64,000 nt of DNA, taken from assembly GCA_017935575.1 (NCBI GenBank), contig JAGBHI010000091.1, positions 9,094-73,093 of the forward strand, in the 5' to 3' direction. The stretch is from Bacteroidales bacterium (GTDB lineage: Bacteria > Bacteroidota > Bacteroidia > Bacteroidales > G3-4614). Within the stretch, counting starts at the first letter, position 1; every line of letters begins with the position of its first letter. Under the pieces are notes generated by a model. It searched no databases and had not been told where the DNA came from. It saw only the letters and a program-made list of their open reading frames with translations. Made by a program: the position numbers and the translations under genes. Of the stretch, positions 17,035-26,707 are shown in pieces.

Positions 17035-18111
17035 TTACTCTATTTCATATAATATTTGTCGTTCAAGTTCCTTAGCTCGTTTTATTGACTCAGGATCTGA
17101 GGCATCTATATCATATTTTGATGCATCTGGCACAACAACTTTAAATCCGGCAGGTAAATCTCTGGGGTTCCATATACGACTCTGATTTTCGCGATATATA
17201 TATACCCAGAATATCTTATTACCATAATACTCATTTGCAATGGTTGTTAAAAATCTGCCACGTCGTATAGTTGTTGTTACAGGCTCTTTTATATGTATTG
17301 GAGCTTTTGACTCTTCAACAGAAACAACCAAACTATCAACTTTGTTCTCAACACTATCTACAACTTGTTGTCCATCTTCTCCCATAATAACTTGCTCATT
17401 GCCTGCAACAAGTTTAAATGATGCAAACGATATTGAGAAATCAGAACCTCTTCTATTAAATAGCCACCACAAGAACAACAGCAACAACAAGAATATAACT
17501 ATAGCAGTGATAAAGCCTCCTATATAACCATTACGTGTTCTGCGACGATACTCCTCTTCAAGTTCCCATTCACTATATTGTGGAGTTTGAGGTTTTGTAA
17601 CAGCAATAACATCTTCTTCTTGTTTAGGCTGTTCAACAGGCTGAATAGTTTGTTCAACAACATCTTCCTCTTCAATAGGCTCTTCTTTTTCTGATTGTTG
17701 TTCTGTCTCAATAATCTCTGTAACTGAAACATCAGATACGGGTTCTGAAACTTCTTCTTCAGCTATCGCTTTAACCTCTATCTCTTGCTCAACATCAACA
17801 ATTTCAGTAGTAAAGGCTGCAAAAGGAGCATTTACTGCATCTTTCATTGATTTGTCGGGTGTAAACGACAATTTATAGTGTCCAGGTATCTCAATACTCT
17901 CCTTTGTATTAACATCAACACTTGTACGTGCATCAACCCAAACGGGAGCAAATGTTCCAACTCCCTTTATAGTTAAAGTCTCTCCCTTAGAGATAACTTC
18001 CGAAGCCAATAAGAAAAACTCCTTAACAAATTGCTCGGTCTCTTTCTTAGTCAATCCGCTCTTCTCAGCAACAGAATCAACTATATCCAATATTGTTAGT
18101 TTACTATTCAT
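17035..18111 (-). CDS. Membrane-spanning HU-domain fusion protein (N-terminal HU/IHF fold, acidic linker, TM, C-terminal LysM-like module)
   Basis: Residues 1-95 look HU-like (ILDIVDSVAEKSGLTKKETEQFVKEF...TIKGVGTF...IPGHYKLSFTP). A very acidic linker follows, then the TM segment IGGFITAIVIFLLLLLFLWWLF. The C-terminus RRGRFLTTIANEYYGN...NPRDLPAGFKVVVP fits the LysM pattern G..L..IA..YYG...N...L..G..V.VP. Confidence 0.75.
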   Translation of the reverse strand: MNSKLTILDIVDSVAEKSGLTKKETEQFVKEFFLLASEVISKGETLTIKGVGTFAPVWVDARTSVDVNTKESIEIPGHYKLSFTPDKSMKDAVNAPFAAFTTEIVDVEQEIEVKAIAEEEVSEPVSDVSVTEIIETEQQSEKEEPIEEEDVVEQTIQPVEQPKQEEDVIAVTKPQTPQYSEWELEEEYRRRTRNGYIGGFITAIVIFLLLLLFLWWLFNRRGSDFSISFASFKLVAGNEQVIMGEDGQQVVDSVENKVDSLVVSVEESKAPIHIKEPVTTTIRRGRFLTTIANEYYGNKIFWVYIYRENQSRIWNPRDLPAGFKVVVPDASKYDIDASDPESIKRAKELERQILYEIE

Positions 18112-18394
18112 TTGGCTTTATTCCTTTTAATTGGTTCTTAACTGATGTTGATGGTTTGAATGTTAAAACAATTTTAGGAGGCACAAGCATCTTGCTACCT
18201 GTTGCAGGATTGTATATCTCCCTCTCTAATTTCTTTTTGGGTTCAAAATTACCAAAACCTTTTATTGATACAGTATTCATATCTGCACACTGCTCCTTCA
18301 AGGTCTTTACTACATAAGACGAGAAGCGCTCGGTACTCTTTTTGTCCCGACCCACCCTCTTCTGAAGAAGTTCTAAAAATTCTTTATATTCCAT
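18104..18394 (-). CDS. HU/IHF-family DNA-binding protein
   Basis: 96 aa. SIKGFGNFEPKKKLEREIYNPATGSKMLVPPKIVLTFKPS is the HU arm region. Its stop overlaps the downstream HU-fusion start by 8 nt. Confidence 0.85.
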   Translation of the reverse strand: MEYKEFLELLQKRVGRDKKSTERFSSYVVKTLKEQCADMNTVSIKGFGNFEPKKKLEREIYNPATGSKMLVPPKIVLTFKPSTSVKNQLKGIKPNE

Positions 18395-18432
18395 TATCTT
18401 TGAAAATAATCAACAACATAATTGCTAATTTA

Positions 18433-18440
18433 CAAAGATA
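18433..18440 (-). promoter_or_regulatory. Candidate -7 box (TATCTTTG on the minus strand) for the HU gene pair
   Basis: Plus-strand caaagata, 39 nt upstream of ATG 18394. Confidence 0.45.
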
Positions 18441-18499
18441 GATAAAATATATAAAAGATAAAATATGTAAGCGAAAAAGTTGTTACTATTATTTTTTGC

Positions 18500-18546
18500 C
18501 ATAAAACAAGAGAGTGCATCAAAATTTGAATTTTAAATGCACTCTC
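18500..18546 (-). terminator. Rho-independent terminator after rho
   Basis: GAGAGTGCAT (18510-18519) / ATGCACTCTC (18537-18546), followed on the minus strand by TTGTTTTAT. Confidence 0.6.
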
Positions 18547-18571
18547 CACTAATATATTTAGTAAAACAAAC

Positions 18572-20413
18572 TTAATCGTTCATTGATATTAGCAACTCTT
18601 CATTTGAATAGGTTTTTTGCATACGATCTTTTATAAACTCCATTGCTTCTACCGAGTTCATATCTGAGAGATAGTTGCGAAGTACCCACATTCTACGTAA
18701 TGTTTCATCGTCTAACAATAAATCATCTCTACGAGTTGATGATGCAATAATATCAACTGCCGGGAAGATACGTTTATTTGAAAGCTTACGATCAAGTTGA
18801 AGCTCCATATTTCCTGTTCCTTTGAACTCCTCAAAGATTACATCGTCCATCTTTGAGCCTGTCTCGGTCAAAGCTGTTGCTATTATTGTAAGACTTCCGC
18901 CATTCTCAATGTTACGTGCTGCTCCGAAGAAACGTTTTGGTTTGTGTAGTGCGTTAGCATCTACTCCTCCTGATAATACTTTACCTGATGCAGGAGATAC
19001 GGTATTGTATGCACGCGCCAAACGGGTTATTGAGTCAAGAAGAATTACAACATCGTGTCCGCACTCAACCATACGTTTTGCTTTTTCCAACACTATGCTG
19101 GCAACTTTCACGTGACGTTCTGCCGGCTCGTCGAAGGTTGATGATACTACTTCGGCTTTAACGCTTCGCGCCATATCGGTAACCTCCTCGGGACGCTCAT
19201 CAATAAGTAGTATTATCATATATACTTCGGGGTGATTGGCTGATATTGCATTTGCTATATCTTTTAATAGCATAGTTTTACCTGTCTTAGGCTGAGCTAC
19301 AATTAATCCGCGTTGTCCTTTTCCTATGGGAGAGAACATATCTACTACTCGTACAGATAGATCATTTCCGTTATTCTGAGTAAGGTTGAACTTTTCATCA
19401 GGGAAAAGGGGTGTCAAATGATCAAATGAGATACGATCGCGTACATATTCGGGTGTACGTCCGTTTATCATATCTACCTTTACCAATGGAAAGTATTTTT
19501 CTCCCTCTTTGGGTGGGCGTATAGGTCCTTCAACTACATCTCCTGTCTTTAATCCAAAAAGTTTTATCTGCGATTGTGATACATATATATCGTCGGGAGA
19601 TGAAAGATAGTTATAATCTGATGAGCGTAAAAAACCGTAACCATCAGGCATTATCTCCAATACTCCTGAACCTACGATTATATTATCAAATTCGTATTGT
19701 TTTTCTTGTTGTTTAGGTTGCTCAATAGGTTGTTGAGTAGTAGCTTGCTCTGAAGTTTCAACCTGCTCCACCACTCTGCGTTTTATAGGAGCTGATGCTT
19801 GTTGTGTCTGTTTATTGCGTGGTACAAAACGTTGGCGTTCGCTATGAGGGAAAAATGATTGAAGATTGCTTGATTCGGTAGGAGTTTCCGCCTCTTTTGC
19901 AACTTCCTGATTTACTGATACAGGTTCTTGTGAAATTTCCGAATTTTGCGGTTTAGACTCTTTTGGTTGTGATTTTTTTCCTCGTTTCGCTGGTTGTTTT
20001 GGTTCTGCAACAGGCATTTCAACTTCTCCTTGTATAGCTGGGTGAGTTATTTTTATAGTTTTGGATGCCTCAACCGCCTCAACAACCGGTTGTAGAGGTA
20101 CTGTTTCAAGCTTTTCTGTCGTTTCTTCTTTTTTTATTTTTGATTTGCGACTTACCATTCTTTTGGGTTGTGCATGTAAAGTCGGTTTTTTCTCCTCTAT
20201 TACGGTTTCCGCTACTTTTTTATCAGACTTATCTTTATCTGTTTTTACTTTACGATTAGGTTTCTCTGTTGCTGCTGTTTCGGCTTGATGGTCTAATATT
20301 TTATACACCAACTCATCTTTTGCAAACGACGCAACTTTGTTTATGCCCATAGTTTTGGCAATAGCCTGCAAATCCTCTATTGATTTGTCAGTCAATTCTG
20401 AAATGTTATACAT
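18572..20413 (-). CDS. rho: Transcription termination factor Rho with a long N-terminal insertion
   Basis: The C-terminal 370 aa carry the Rho core (GYGFLRS, Walker [24 protein letters not shown]). Residues about 45-238 are a K/E/P/Q/T-rich low-complexity insertion. Confidence 0.97.
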   Translation of the reverse strand: MYNISELTDKSIEDLQAIAKTMGINKVASFAKDELVYKILDHQAETAATEKPNRKVKTDKDKSDKKVAETVIEEKKPTLHAQPKRMVSRKSKIKKEETTEKLETVPLQPVVEAVEASKTIKITHPAIQGEVEMPVAEPKQPAKRGKKSQPKESKPQNSEISQEPVSVNQEVAKEAETPTESSNLQSFFPHSERQRFVPRNKQTQQASAPIKRRVVEQVETSEQATTQQPIEQPKQQEKQYEFDNIIVGSGVLEIMPDGYGFLRSSDYNYLSSPDDIYVSQSQIKLFGLKTGDVVEGPIRPPKEGEKYFPLVKVDMINGRTPEYVRDRISFDHLTPLFPDEKFNLTQNNGNDLSVRVVDMFSPIGKGQRGLIVAQPKTGKTMLLKDIANAISANHPEVYMIILLIDERPEEVTDMARSVKAEVVSSTFDEPAERHVKVASIVLEKAKRMVECGHDVVILLDSITRLARAYNTVSPASGKVLSGGVDANALHKPKRFFGAARNIENGGSLTIIATALTETGSKMDDVIFEEFKGTGNMELQLDRKLSNKRIFPAVDIIASSTRRDDLLLDDETLRRMWVLRNYLSDMNSVEAMEFIKDRMQKTYSNEELLISMND

Positions 20414-20560
20414 GAAATTTTATTGTGTTTTCAAGAAATGCTCATGTTCAATATTAAATGAACATTTTATTTCTTTGATTAATGTTGTTGGATTTTTTAC
20501 GTTGATTTTACGTATGTGCTGTATGTAAAGACAGGTTATATCTTATTCTGTTTTACTTTG

Positions 20561-20568
20561 CAAAAGTA
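20561..20568 (-). promoter_or_regulatory. Candidate -7 box (TACTTTTG on the minus strand) for rho, implying a leader of about 140 nt
   Basis: Plus-strand caaaagta lies inside the near-palindrome TTACTTTGCAAAAGTAA. Confidence 0.4.
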
Positions 20569-20625
20569 ATATTTTTTTCTTAATTATACAATTATATATG
20601 TAGTTTTGTTCGTATAAATCTTTTG

Positions 20626-21384
20626 TTATATGGTCAATTTTAATTGGTCATACGAGAAATATACATTTTCAGGTAAATGTTTTGACTCTTCTTGATGCAA
20701 GCCCATTTGATGGCTCATATGTATTAGATATGCTTGCTTTGGAGATACCTTTTTTATTAACGCTAATGCATCTGACAGTGTTTGATGTGATATGTGCGGA
20801 GTATGACGCAATGCATTGACTATAAGCAAATCAAGATTTTTTAGTTTCTCACACTCCTCTTCTTCTATAGTAAGCATATCAGTAATATATGCCATATTTG
20901 CTATTTTATATCCAAATACAGGCAAATTGTAGTGCATTGCCCTTATTGGTGTAACCTCTATATCCGATGCTATTTCAAAGGGTACATTTTCAATTATTTT
21001 CAAATCAAATGATGCTACTCCCGGATATCTGTTGGGAGAAAAACAATATGGCAACATTCTGCGAACTGTTTTTTCAACCGATGGTTCAAGATATAAAGGC
21101 ATATCTTTTGTGTAACAGAAAGAGCGCAACTCATCTAAACCAGCTATATGGTCGTAATGGTGATGGGTGAGCAACACCGCATCTAATTGCTTTATATTGG
21201 AGCGCAACATCTGTTGTCTGAAGTCAGGTCCACAATCTATTAATATATTTTTATTGTTATGAGTAATCAATATTGACGAACGGAGACGTTTATCACGAGA
21301 ATCGGTTGAATGACATACTTCACATTCACACCCTATTTGGGGTATGCCTGTTGATGTTCCCGTTCCTAAAAAAAGTATCTCCAT
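20626..21384 (-). CDS. MBL-fold metallo-hydrolase (PhnP-like)
   Basis: GTGTSTGIP, a CECEVC zinc knuckle, and HHHYDH (the HxHxDH motif). Confidence 0.85.
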   Translation of the reverse strand: MEILFLGTGTSTGIPQIGCECEVCHSTDSRDKRLRSSILITHNNKNILIDCGPDFRQQMLRSNIKQLDAVLLTHHHYDHIAGLDELRSFCYTKDMPLYLEPSVEKTVRRMLPYCFSPNRYPGVASFDLKIIENVPFEIASDIEVTPIRAMHYNLPVFGYKIANMAYITDMLTIEEEECEKLKNLDLLIVNALRHTPHISHQTLSDALALIKKVSPKQAYLIHMSHQMGLHQEESKHLPENVYFSYDQLKLTI

Positions 21385-21405
21385 TTTATCTACTTTCTAT
21401 AATAC

Positions 21406-22407
21406 TTATATGTAATTTACTTCAGGTGTTATGATTACTCCATATTTCTCATAAACAGAGTTTTTTATTTGTGATGCCAACTCTATTACATCTTGTGGCG
21501 TTGCGTTATTATCATTTACCAATACCAAACATTGTTTGGGATAAACAGCAGCCCCCCCTACTCTCTTTCCATGCCAACCGGCTTTATCAATAAGCCATGC
21601 TGCCGAGAGCTTAACCTTTCCGTCTGATGCAGGATATGAAGGCATTTCGGGATATTGTTTTTTTAAATCTTGATATTTTTCTGTTTCAACAACAGGATTT
21701 ATAAAGAAACTTCCCGCACTTCCTTTTTCTGAAGGCTCAGGTAATTTTTGTTTACGAACTGATATTACCGCATTACGAACAGACATTAGTGTTGGTTCTC
21801 CTACTACTGCCTGTAAATTACCATATGTAAGTTTAAATATCGGATTTTTATGAAGTTTGAACTCAACATGAGTAACTATGTATTGTCCACGAAGTTCCTT
21901 TTTGAATATGCTTGTTCTGTATCCGTAATTACACTCTTCGTTTGTAAATATTCTCTCTTCGCCTGTCTCTACAGAGATAGTATATACTCGCTCAATTAAA
22001 TCTTTGGCCTCGACACCATATGCTCCTACGTTTTGTACTGCTGAGGCTCCTACTTCTCCCGGTATATATGAGAGATTTTCGGCTCCACCCCAACCATTTT
22101 GCACTGTATATGCAACAAAATCGTCCCACACTACTCCTGCTCCAACTTTTAAATATACAAAATCCAAATCTTCTGTTTTTGTATATGTTTTTATACATGA
22201 ATGTATTATAATTCCTGTATAATCTTTTGTAAACAAGAGATTGCTTCCTCCTCCTATATGAAGATTGTTATTATTCTTTATTAATGGCGATATTAGTAAC
22301 GAGCGTAAATCTTCAACCGTTTCATATTCGGCAAAGTATCTCGTATTAACATTCATACCAAATGTATGATATGGCTTTAATGATATGTTCTCTTCTATTC
22401 TTATCAT
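21406..22407 (-). CDS. murB: UDP-N-acetylmuramate dehydrogenase
   Basis: FAD-binding GGGSNLLF, GAENLSYIPGEVGASAVQNVGAYG, and the SAGSFFINP motif. Confidence 0.93.
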   Translation of the reverse strand: MIRIEENISLKPYHTFGMNVNTRYFAEYETVEDLRSLLISPLIKNNNNLHIGGGSNLLFTKDYTGIIIHSCIKTYTKTEDLDFVYLKVGAGVVWDDFVAYTVQNGWGGAENLSYIPGEVGASAVQNVGAYGVEAKDLIERVYTISVETGEERIFTNEECNYGYRTSIFKKELRGQYIVTHVEFKLHKNPIFKLTYGNLQAVVGEPTLMSVRNAVISVRKQKLPEPSEKGSAGSFFINPVVETEKYQDLKKQYPEMPSYPASDGKVKLSAAWLIDKAGWHGKRVGGAAVYPKQCLVLVNDNNATPQDVIELASQIKNSVYEKYGVIITPEVNYI

Positions 22408-22417
22408 TTTTGTATTT

Positions 22418-23329
22418 TTACATTTGTCTGAAATTTACCAATAATCCGTCTTTAAACTCCAAATATGTTCCTGTGTTGTAATACCATCTCTCTCTTAATC
22501 CTGAATACTCAGGCAATTGATTTACTTTATTGGGTAAGCCTATTGAAATTTTACACTCATCTTTTGTCATTCCCAATGTTACTTTTGATTGTGTTATATA
22601 TTGCCAAATTTCATCTTTTATTTGTGGATATTTGTTTTTGGGATTGGTGAATGTAAATATTTTATCAAATGTGGAGTATTGCGATGTTGTCAATGGCTTG
22701 TACATTGTGGTATATACAGAATATTCGTCTCCTCCTATTGTTTTAAATTTAATGGATAGTGGAAATATTTTATTTCCTGCAGAAACCTCAACTATTGTTA
22801 TAAGTACATATTTTTGACCCTTTGTTTCAACACCATCTTTATTGTACCAATTTGGAGTTTTTATATATAATTCTTTACCCTTTAATAAAGAGTCCGCTTT
22901 TTGTATGTAATCTAATGATACCAATTCAGGTAATAGAGGTTTAAATTCAGAGTTTAATATATCTGATAAAGGTTTTGATACTTTATATTTATATTCCTGA
23001 TTTGCATACTCATATAATAGAAATGTTTGTACTCCACTCCATGTTTGCTCTTCTTTTAAACCTTTATACTTAAATATTTCACCTTTTATCCCACTGTTTT
23101 CAGGATTTGAAATATTTTGTAGATTCTCTTCTAATAAAGACGGTAACTCTTCTGTAACACATATAAACATTTTACCACTCTCCCAATCTTTTAATGGTTC
23201 TTCTTTAAAATTTGCCATATATGATTGTTCAAGTGATATGACCTCCTCTTTTTTTCCCATCTTTGTCGCTGTACAAGATATTAAAATGAGGAATATTAGG
23301 CTCAGTATGTTACGAGAATATATCATCAT
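22418..23329 (-). CDS. Hypothetical lipoprotein with a C-terminal BamE/SmpA-OmlA-like motif
   Basis: Lipobox LILISC. The C-terminus KVTLGMTKDECKISIGLPNKV...WYYNTGTYLEFKDGLLVNF resembles the SmpA/OmlA fold signature. Its start overlaps the upstream TPR gene stop by 1 nt. Confidence 0.6.
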   Translation of the reverse strand: MMIYSRNILSLIFLILISCTATKMGKKEEVISLEQSYMANFKEEPLKDWESGKMFICVTEELPSLLEENLQNISNPENSGIKGEIFKYKGLKEEQTWSGVQTFLLYEYANQEYKYKVSKPLSDILNSEFKPLLPELVSLDYIQKADSLLKGKELYIKTPNWYNKDGVETKGQKYVLITIVEVSAGNKIFPLSIKFKTIGGDEYSVYTTMYKPLTTSQYSTFDKIFTFTNPKNKYPQIKDEIWQYITQSKVTLGMTKDECKISIGLPNKVNQLPEYSGLRERWYYNTGTYLEFKDGLLVNFRQM

Positions 23330-24735
23330 TATATTTTATCGTCAATATGGTTACGTAATATTGCCTTTATTTTATTAATTGTGTCTCGAATATATGATAC
23401 TCTATCTTCTTCCTCTTTTGTAAGTTTTTTTTCATAATCTAAATATGCTATTATCTCTTCGGCACTACGAATGTTTTTATGCATATTTTCCACATCGTGC
23501 ATCTCGGAATATGCATATATGATTTTAAAATATATCTCTAAATCATATTTATCAACTTCACATACCTTTTTATAATACCATATTGCCTCTTCCTGCATTC
23601 CACTCTTTATAAGGATATCTCCATATAGAGTAAACATTTTCAAATTATCCCAATTTGACTCTTCCAAATCAAGACTTTTTATGGTTTCAAGGGCATTATA
23701 ATAATCTTCAATTTCGTAATATACTTTTGCTAAAAAATATATTGTTTCACTATCATATGGCTCTTCTTCAAGCGATTTTTTCAATAAATCTATAACATTA
23801 TTATTATCATGATATAAATTATAGATATTATGCGCCATCAGATATAACGAACGTGAATTATGCGAATATGTTTTTAGCATATCGTCCAAAATATCTATGC
23901 TTTTAGCGTATCTATTCATATTTGCATAACAGGTAGCCAAAAGCATATATATATTTTCGTCCTTTTTTACATTATTATCTTCAAGTATTGAAATTGCCTC
24001 TTTTTCATTTCCCTGATTTGCAATACAATATGCTTTATAAAAGAGTACTTCTGAATTTGTGGCATCTATAACCAATGCATACTCTATTGCATCTAATGCT
24101 TTAGGGAGATCTGACAATAATATGTATATCTCTATTGCTTTCATCCAATCAGGCAGGGAATATGGCTCTTTATCAAGTATCTTTTCTATTATTTGAGCCT
24201 GCATCTCTGTTTCAGAAAGCTCTTCCAATATAGATATAAATTCACGCAATATGGGTAATTGCTGTTGAGATTCTATATTGTTTATTGCAGAAGTTATTGA
24301 TAAAAACAGATCAGAGAATAACTTATAATCGGCACATAAATCAATTATATTGAGAATAAAATCTGATGTTATATTGGGAGCCTTCAATAGACGCTTTACT
24401 ATATCTACCGCAGTATCAATATTACCATCTATCAGTAACAATTCTACTCTAATACATTGTGCATCATCGTCAAGAGTGGTTACCTCCGACATTACATCAC
24501 GAGCCTCTTCAACTTTGCCCTGTACCAACAGGTAATATGCCTTACGCGTTTTAAGTTCTTGAGATGAGGGGTGATACTTCAATCCTCTCTCTATGGCATA
24601 AAGTGCATCTTCAAGTTTTGACGACATCTCATATTCTAATGCGATGTCGTCAAACTCATCTGCGTCAAACCAACTGCTGCCCTCACCGCGCAACATTTTT
24701 TCATACCTTAATAATAAGTCTGATTTGTTGCTCAT
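23329..24735 (-). CDS. Cytoplasmic TPR-repeat protein, function unknown
   Basis: 468 aa, with no signal peptide and multiple TPR-like A..Y..A repeats (YKAYCIANQGNEKEAI, YFLAKVYYEIEDYYNALE). Confidence 0.65.
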   Translation of the reverse strand: MSNKSDLLLRYEKMLRGEGSSWFDADEFDDIALEYEMSSKLEDALYAIERGLKYHPSSQELKTRKAYYLLVQGKVEEARDVMSEVTTLDDDAQCIRVELLLIDGNIDTAVDIVKRLLKAPNITSDFILNIIDLCADYKLFSDLFLSITSAINNIESQQQLPILREFISILEELSETEMQAQIIEKILDKEPYSLPDWMKAIEIYILLSDLPKALDAIEYALVIDATNSEVLFYKAYCIANQGNEKEAISILEDNNVKKDENIYMLLATCYANMNRYAKSIDILDDMLKTYSHNSRSLYLMAHNIYNLYHDNNNVIDLLKKSLEEEPYDSETIYFLAKVYYEIEDYYNALETIKSLDLEESNWDNLKMFTLYGDILIKSGMQEEAIWYYKKVCEVDKYDLEIYFKIIYAYSEMHDVENMHKNIRSAEEIIAYLDYEKKLTKEEEDRVSYIRDTINKIKAILRNHIDDKI

Positions 24736-24770
24736 ATATTATTGCTGTATAGCAGTTAATTTAGACTATA

Positions 24771-26465
24771 TTATTGTGCTTTATATCCGTCTTTTAATGA
24801 TACTGTACGGTTGAATACTAATTTACCGGGACAAGAATCTTTATCAACACAGAAATATCCTATACGTTGGAATTGATAGCGGTTTCCTACTTTTGCTGTT
24901 TCGGCAAGGTATTGCTCGGCATAACCTTTTACTGTTATTAAAGAATCGGGATTTAATAGTTCTCTAAAATCTTTTTCTTTCTCTTCAGCAGGGTTCTCGA
25001 CCATGAATAAACGGTCATATAGTCTAACCTCTATCTCTTGATTATATTGTGCCGAAACCCAATGAAGTGTTCCTTTTACTTTACGTGCACTCTCGGGCAT
25101 TCCACTTCTTGTAAGTGGATCGTATTCACAATATACCTCTTCAAGTTTTCCTTCTGAATCGTATTTACAACCTGTACATTTTACGATATATGCTCCTTTT
25201 AAACGAACCTCTTTACCGGGAGTCATACGGAAGAATTTTTTAGGAGCATCTTCCATAAAGTCCTCACGCTCAATATATAGCTCGCGCGTAAATGGCATTT
25301 TATGTGTTCCTGCATTCTCTTGTTCAGGATTGTTATCCATATCAACATACTCAACTTCTCCCTCAGGATAGTTGGTAATAATTAGTTTTACAGGATTTAT
25401 AACAGCTGAAACGCGTGTTGCGTTTTTATTAAGGTCCTCACGAATACTATGCTCAAGAAGTCCGACACTTATAAGTCCGTCATATTTTGTATAACCAATC
25501 TTATCAACAAATGCACGTATTGATTCAGGAGTGTATCCACGACGACGTAATCCGCAAATTGTTGGCATTCGAGGATCGTCCCAACCACATACTAATCCCT
25601 CTTGTACCAATTGTAAAAGTTTACGTTTACTCATTACGGTATAGGTAAGATTTAAACGGTTAAACTCCATTTGACGAGGACGGTATGTTTCGTCAGCTAT
25701 AAGATCAATAAACCAATTATATAATGGACGATGCACCTCAAACTCTAATGTACATATTGAATGCGTTACTCCTTCAAAAAAGTCAGATTGTCCGTGTGCA
25801 TAATCGTACATGGGATATACATTCCATGTTGTTCCTGTTCTGTGATGAGGATATTTTATTATACGATACATTATAGGGTCACGGAAGTGCATGTTTGGCG
25901 ATGCCATATCTATTTTGGCTCTCAATACCATGCTACCCTCCTCAAACTCGCCTTTGTTCATTCTTTCAAACAAATCAAGTGTCTCCTCTATTGGCCGATC
26001 ACGGTATGGCGAAGGTGTTCCCGGTTGAGTTGGTGTTCCTTTTTGAGCTGCTATCTGCTCTGATGTTTGCTCATCAACATAAGCATATCCCTCTTTTATT
26101 AGACGTATGGCTAAATCCCACAATTTTTGGAAATAGTCAGACGCATAATATAAACGGTCTCCCCAATCAAAACCTAACCATTTTATATCCTCTTTTATCG
26201 CATCAACATATTCTGTTCCCTCTTTTGCCGGGTTGGTATCGTCAAAACGAAGGTTACATGTTCCTCCAAATTTCTCTGCAATACCAAAATCCATGCATAT
26301 AGCTTTGGCATGTCCTATATGTAGATAGCCATTAGGTTCGGGCGGGAAACGGGTATTTAATCGTCCTCCGTTTTTACCTGCAGCCAAATCTTCAGACACG
26401 GCTTGCTCTATAAAATTCAAGCTCTTTGCTTTTTCCTCCTCTATGGGTTCAATATTTGTTGTCAT
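24771..26465 (-). CDS. glnS: Glutamine--tRNA ligase
   Basis: Class I HIGH (PEPNGYLHIGHAKA) and KMSKS (VMSKRKL) motifs; 564 aa with a GlnRS-type C-terminal anticodon-binding region. Confidence 0.96.
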   Translation of the reverse strand: MTTNIEPIEEEKAKSLNFIEQAVSEDLAAGKNGGRLNTRFPPEPNGYLHIGHAKAICMDFGIAEKFGGTCNLRFDDTNPAKEGTEYVDAIKEDIKWLGFDWGDRLYYASDYFQKLWDLAIRLIKEGYAYVDEQTSEQIAAQKGTPTQPGTPSPYRDRPIEETLDLFERMNKGEFEEGSMVLRAKIDMASPNMHFRDPIMYRIIKYPHHRTGTTWNVYPMYDYAHGQSDFFEGVTHSICTLEFEVHRPLYNWFIDLIADETYRPRQMEFNRLNLTYTVMSKRKLLQLVQEGLVCGWDDPRMPTICGLRRRGYTPESIRAFVDKIGYTKYDGLISVGLLEHSIREDLNKNATRVSAVINPVKLIITNYPEGEVEYVDMDNNPEQENAGTHKMPFTRELYIEREDFMEDAPKKFFRMTPGKEVRLKGAYIVKCTGCKYDSEGKLEEVYCEYDPLTRSGMPESARKVKGTLHWVSAQYNQEIEVRLYDRLFMVENPAEEKEKDFRELLNPDSLITVKGYAEQYLAETAKVGNRYQFQRIGYFCVDKDSCPGKLVFNRTVSLKDGYKAQ

Positions 26466-26487
26466 ATCAAATTTTATTCTTAAACTG

Positions 26488-26495
26488 CAAAATTA
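26488..26495 (-). promoter_or_regulatory. Candidate -7 box (TAATTTTG on the minus strand) for glnS
   Basis: Plus-strand caaaatta, 23 nt upstream of the ATG. Confidence 0.35.
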
Positions 26496-26707
26496 GATAT
26501 TTTTTCGCAAATAGAGTGATTTTATATATAAAATATATTATTGATTTTTTCTTTTACTTTAATTACAAGCTGTTATTTCAATAATTAAGCTAAAGCAATT
26601 TTATGATAAGAATAAATTAATTATCTTCGCATCTTATTATAAGGGTTATTAGTAGCCGACTTATATTCTGAGAATTAAGCAATTATATTCATAATCATTT
26701 TATTATA

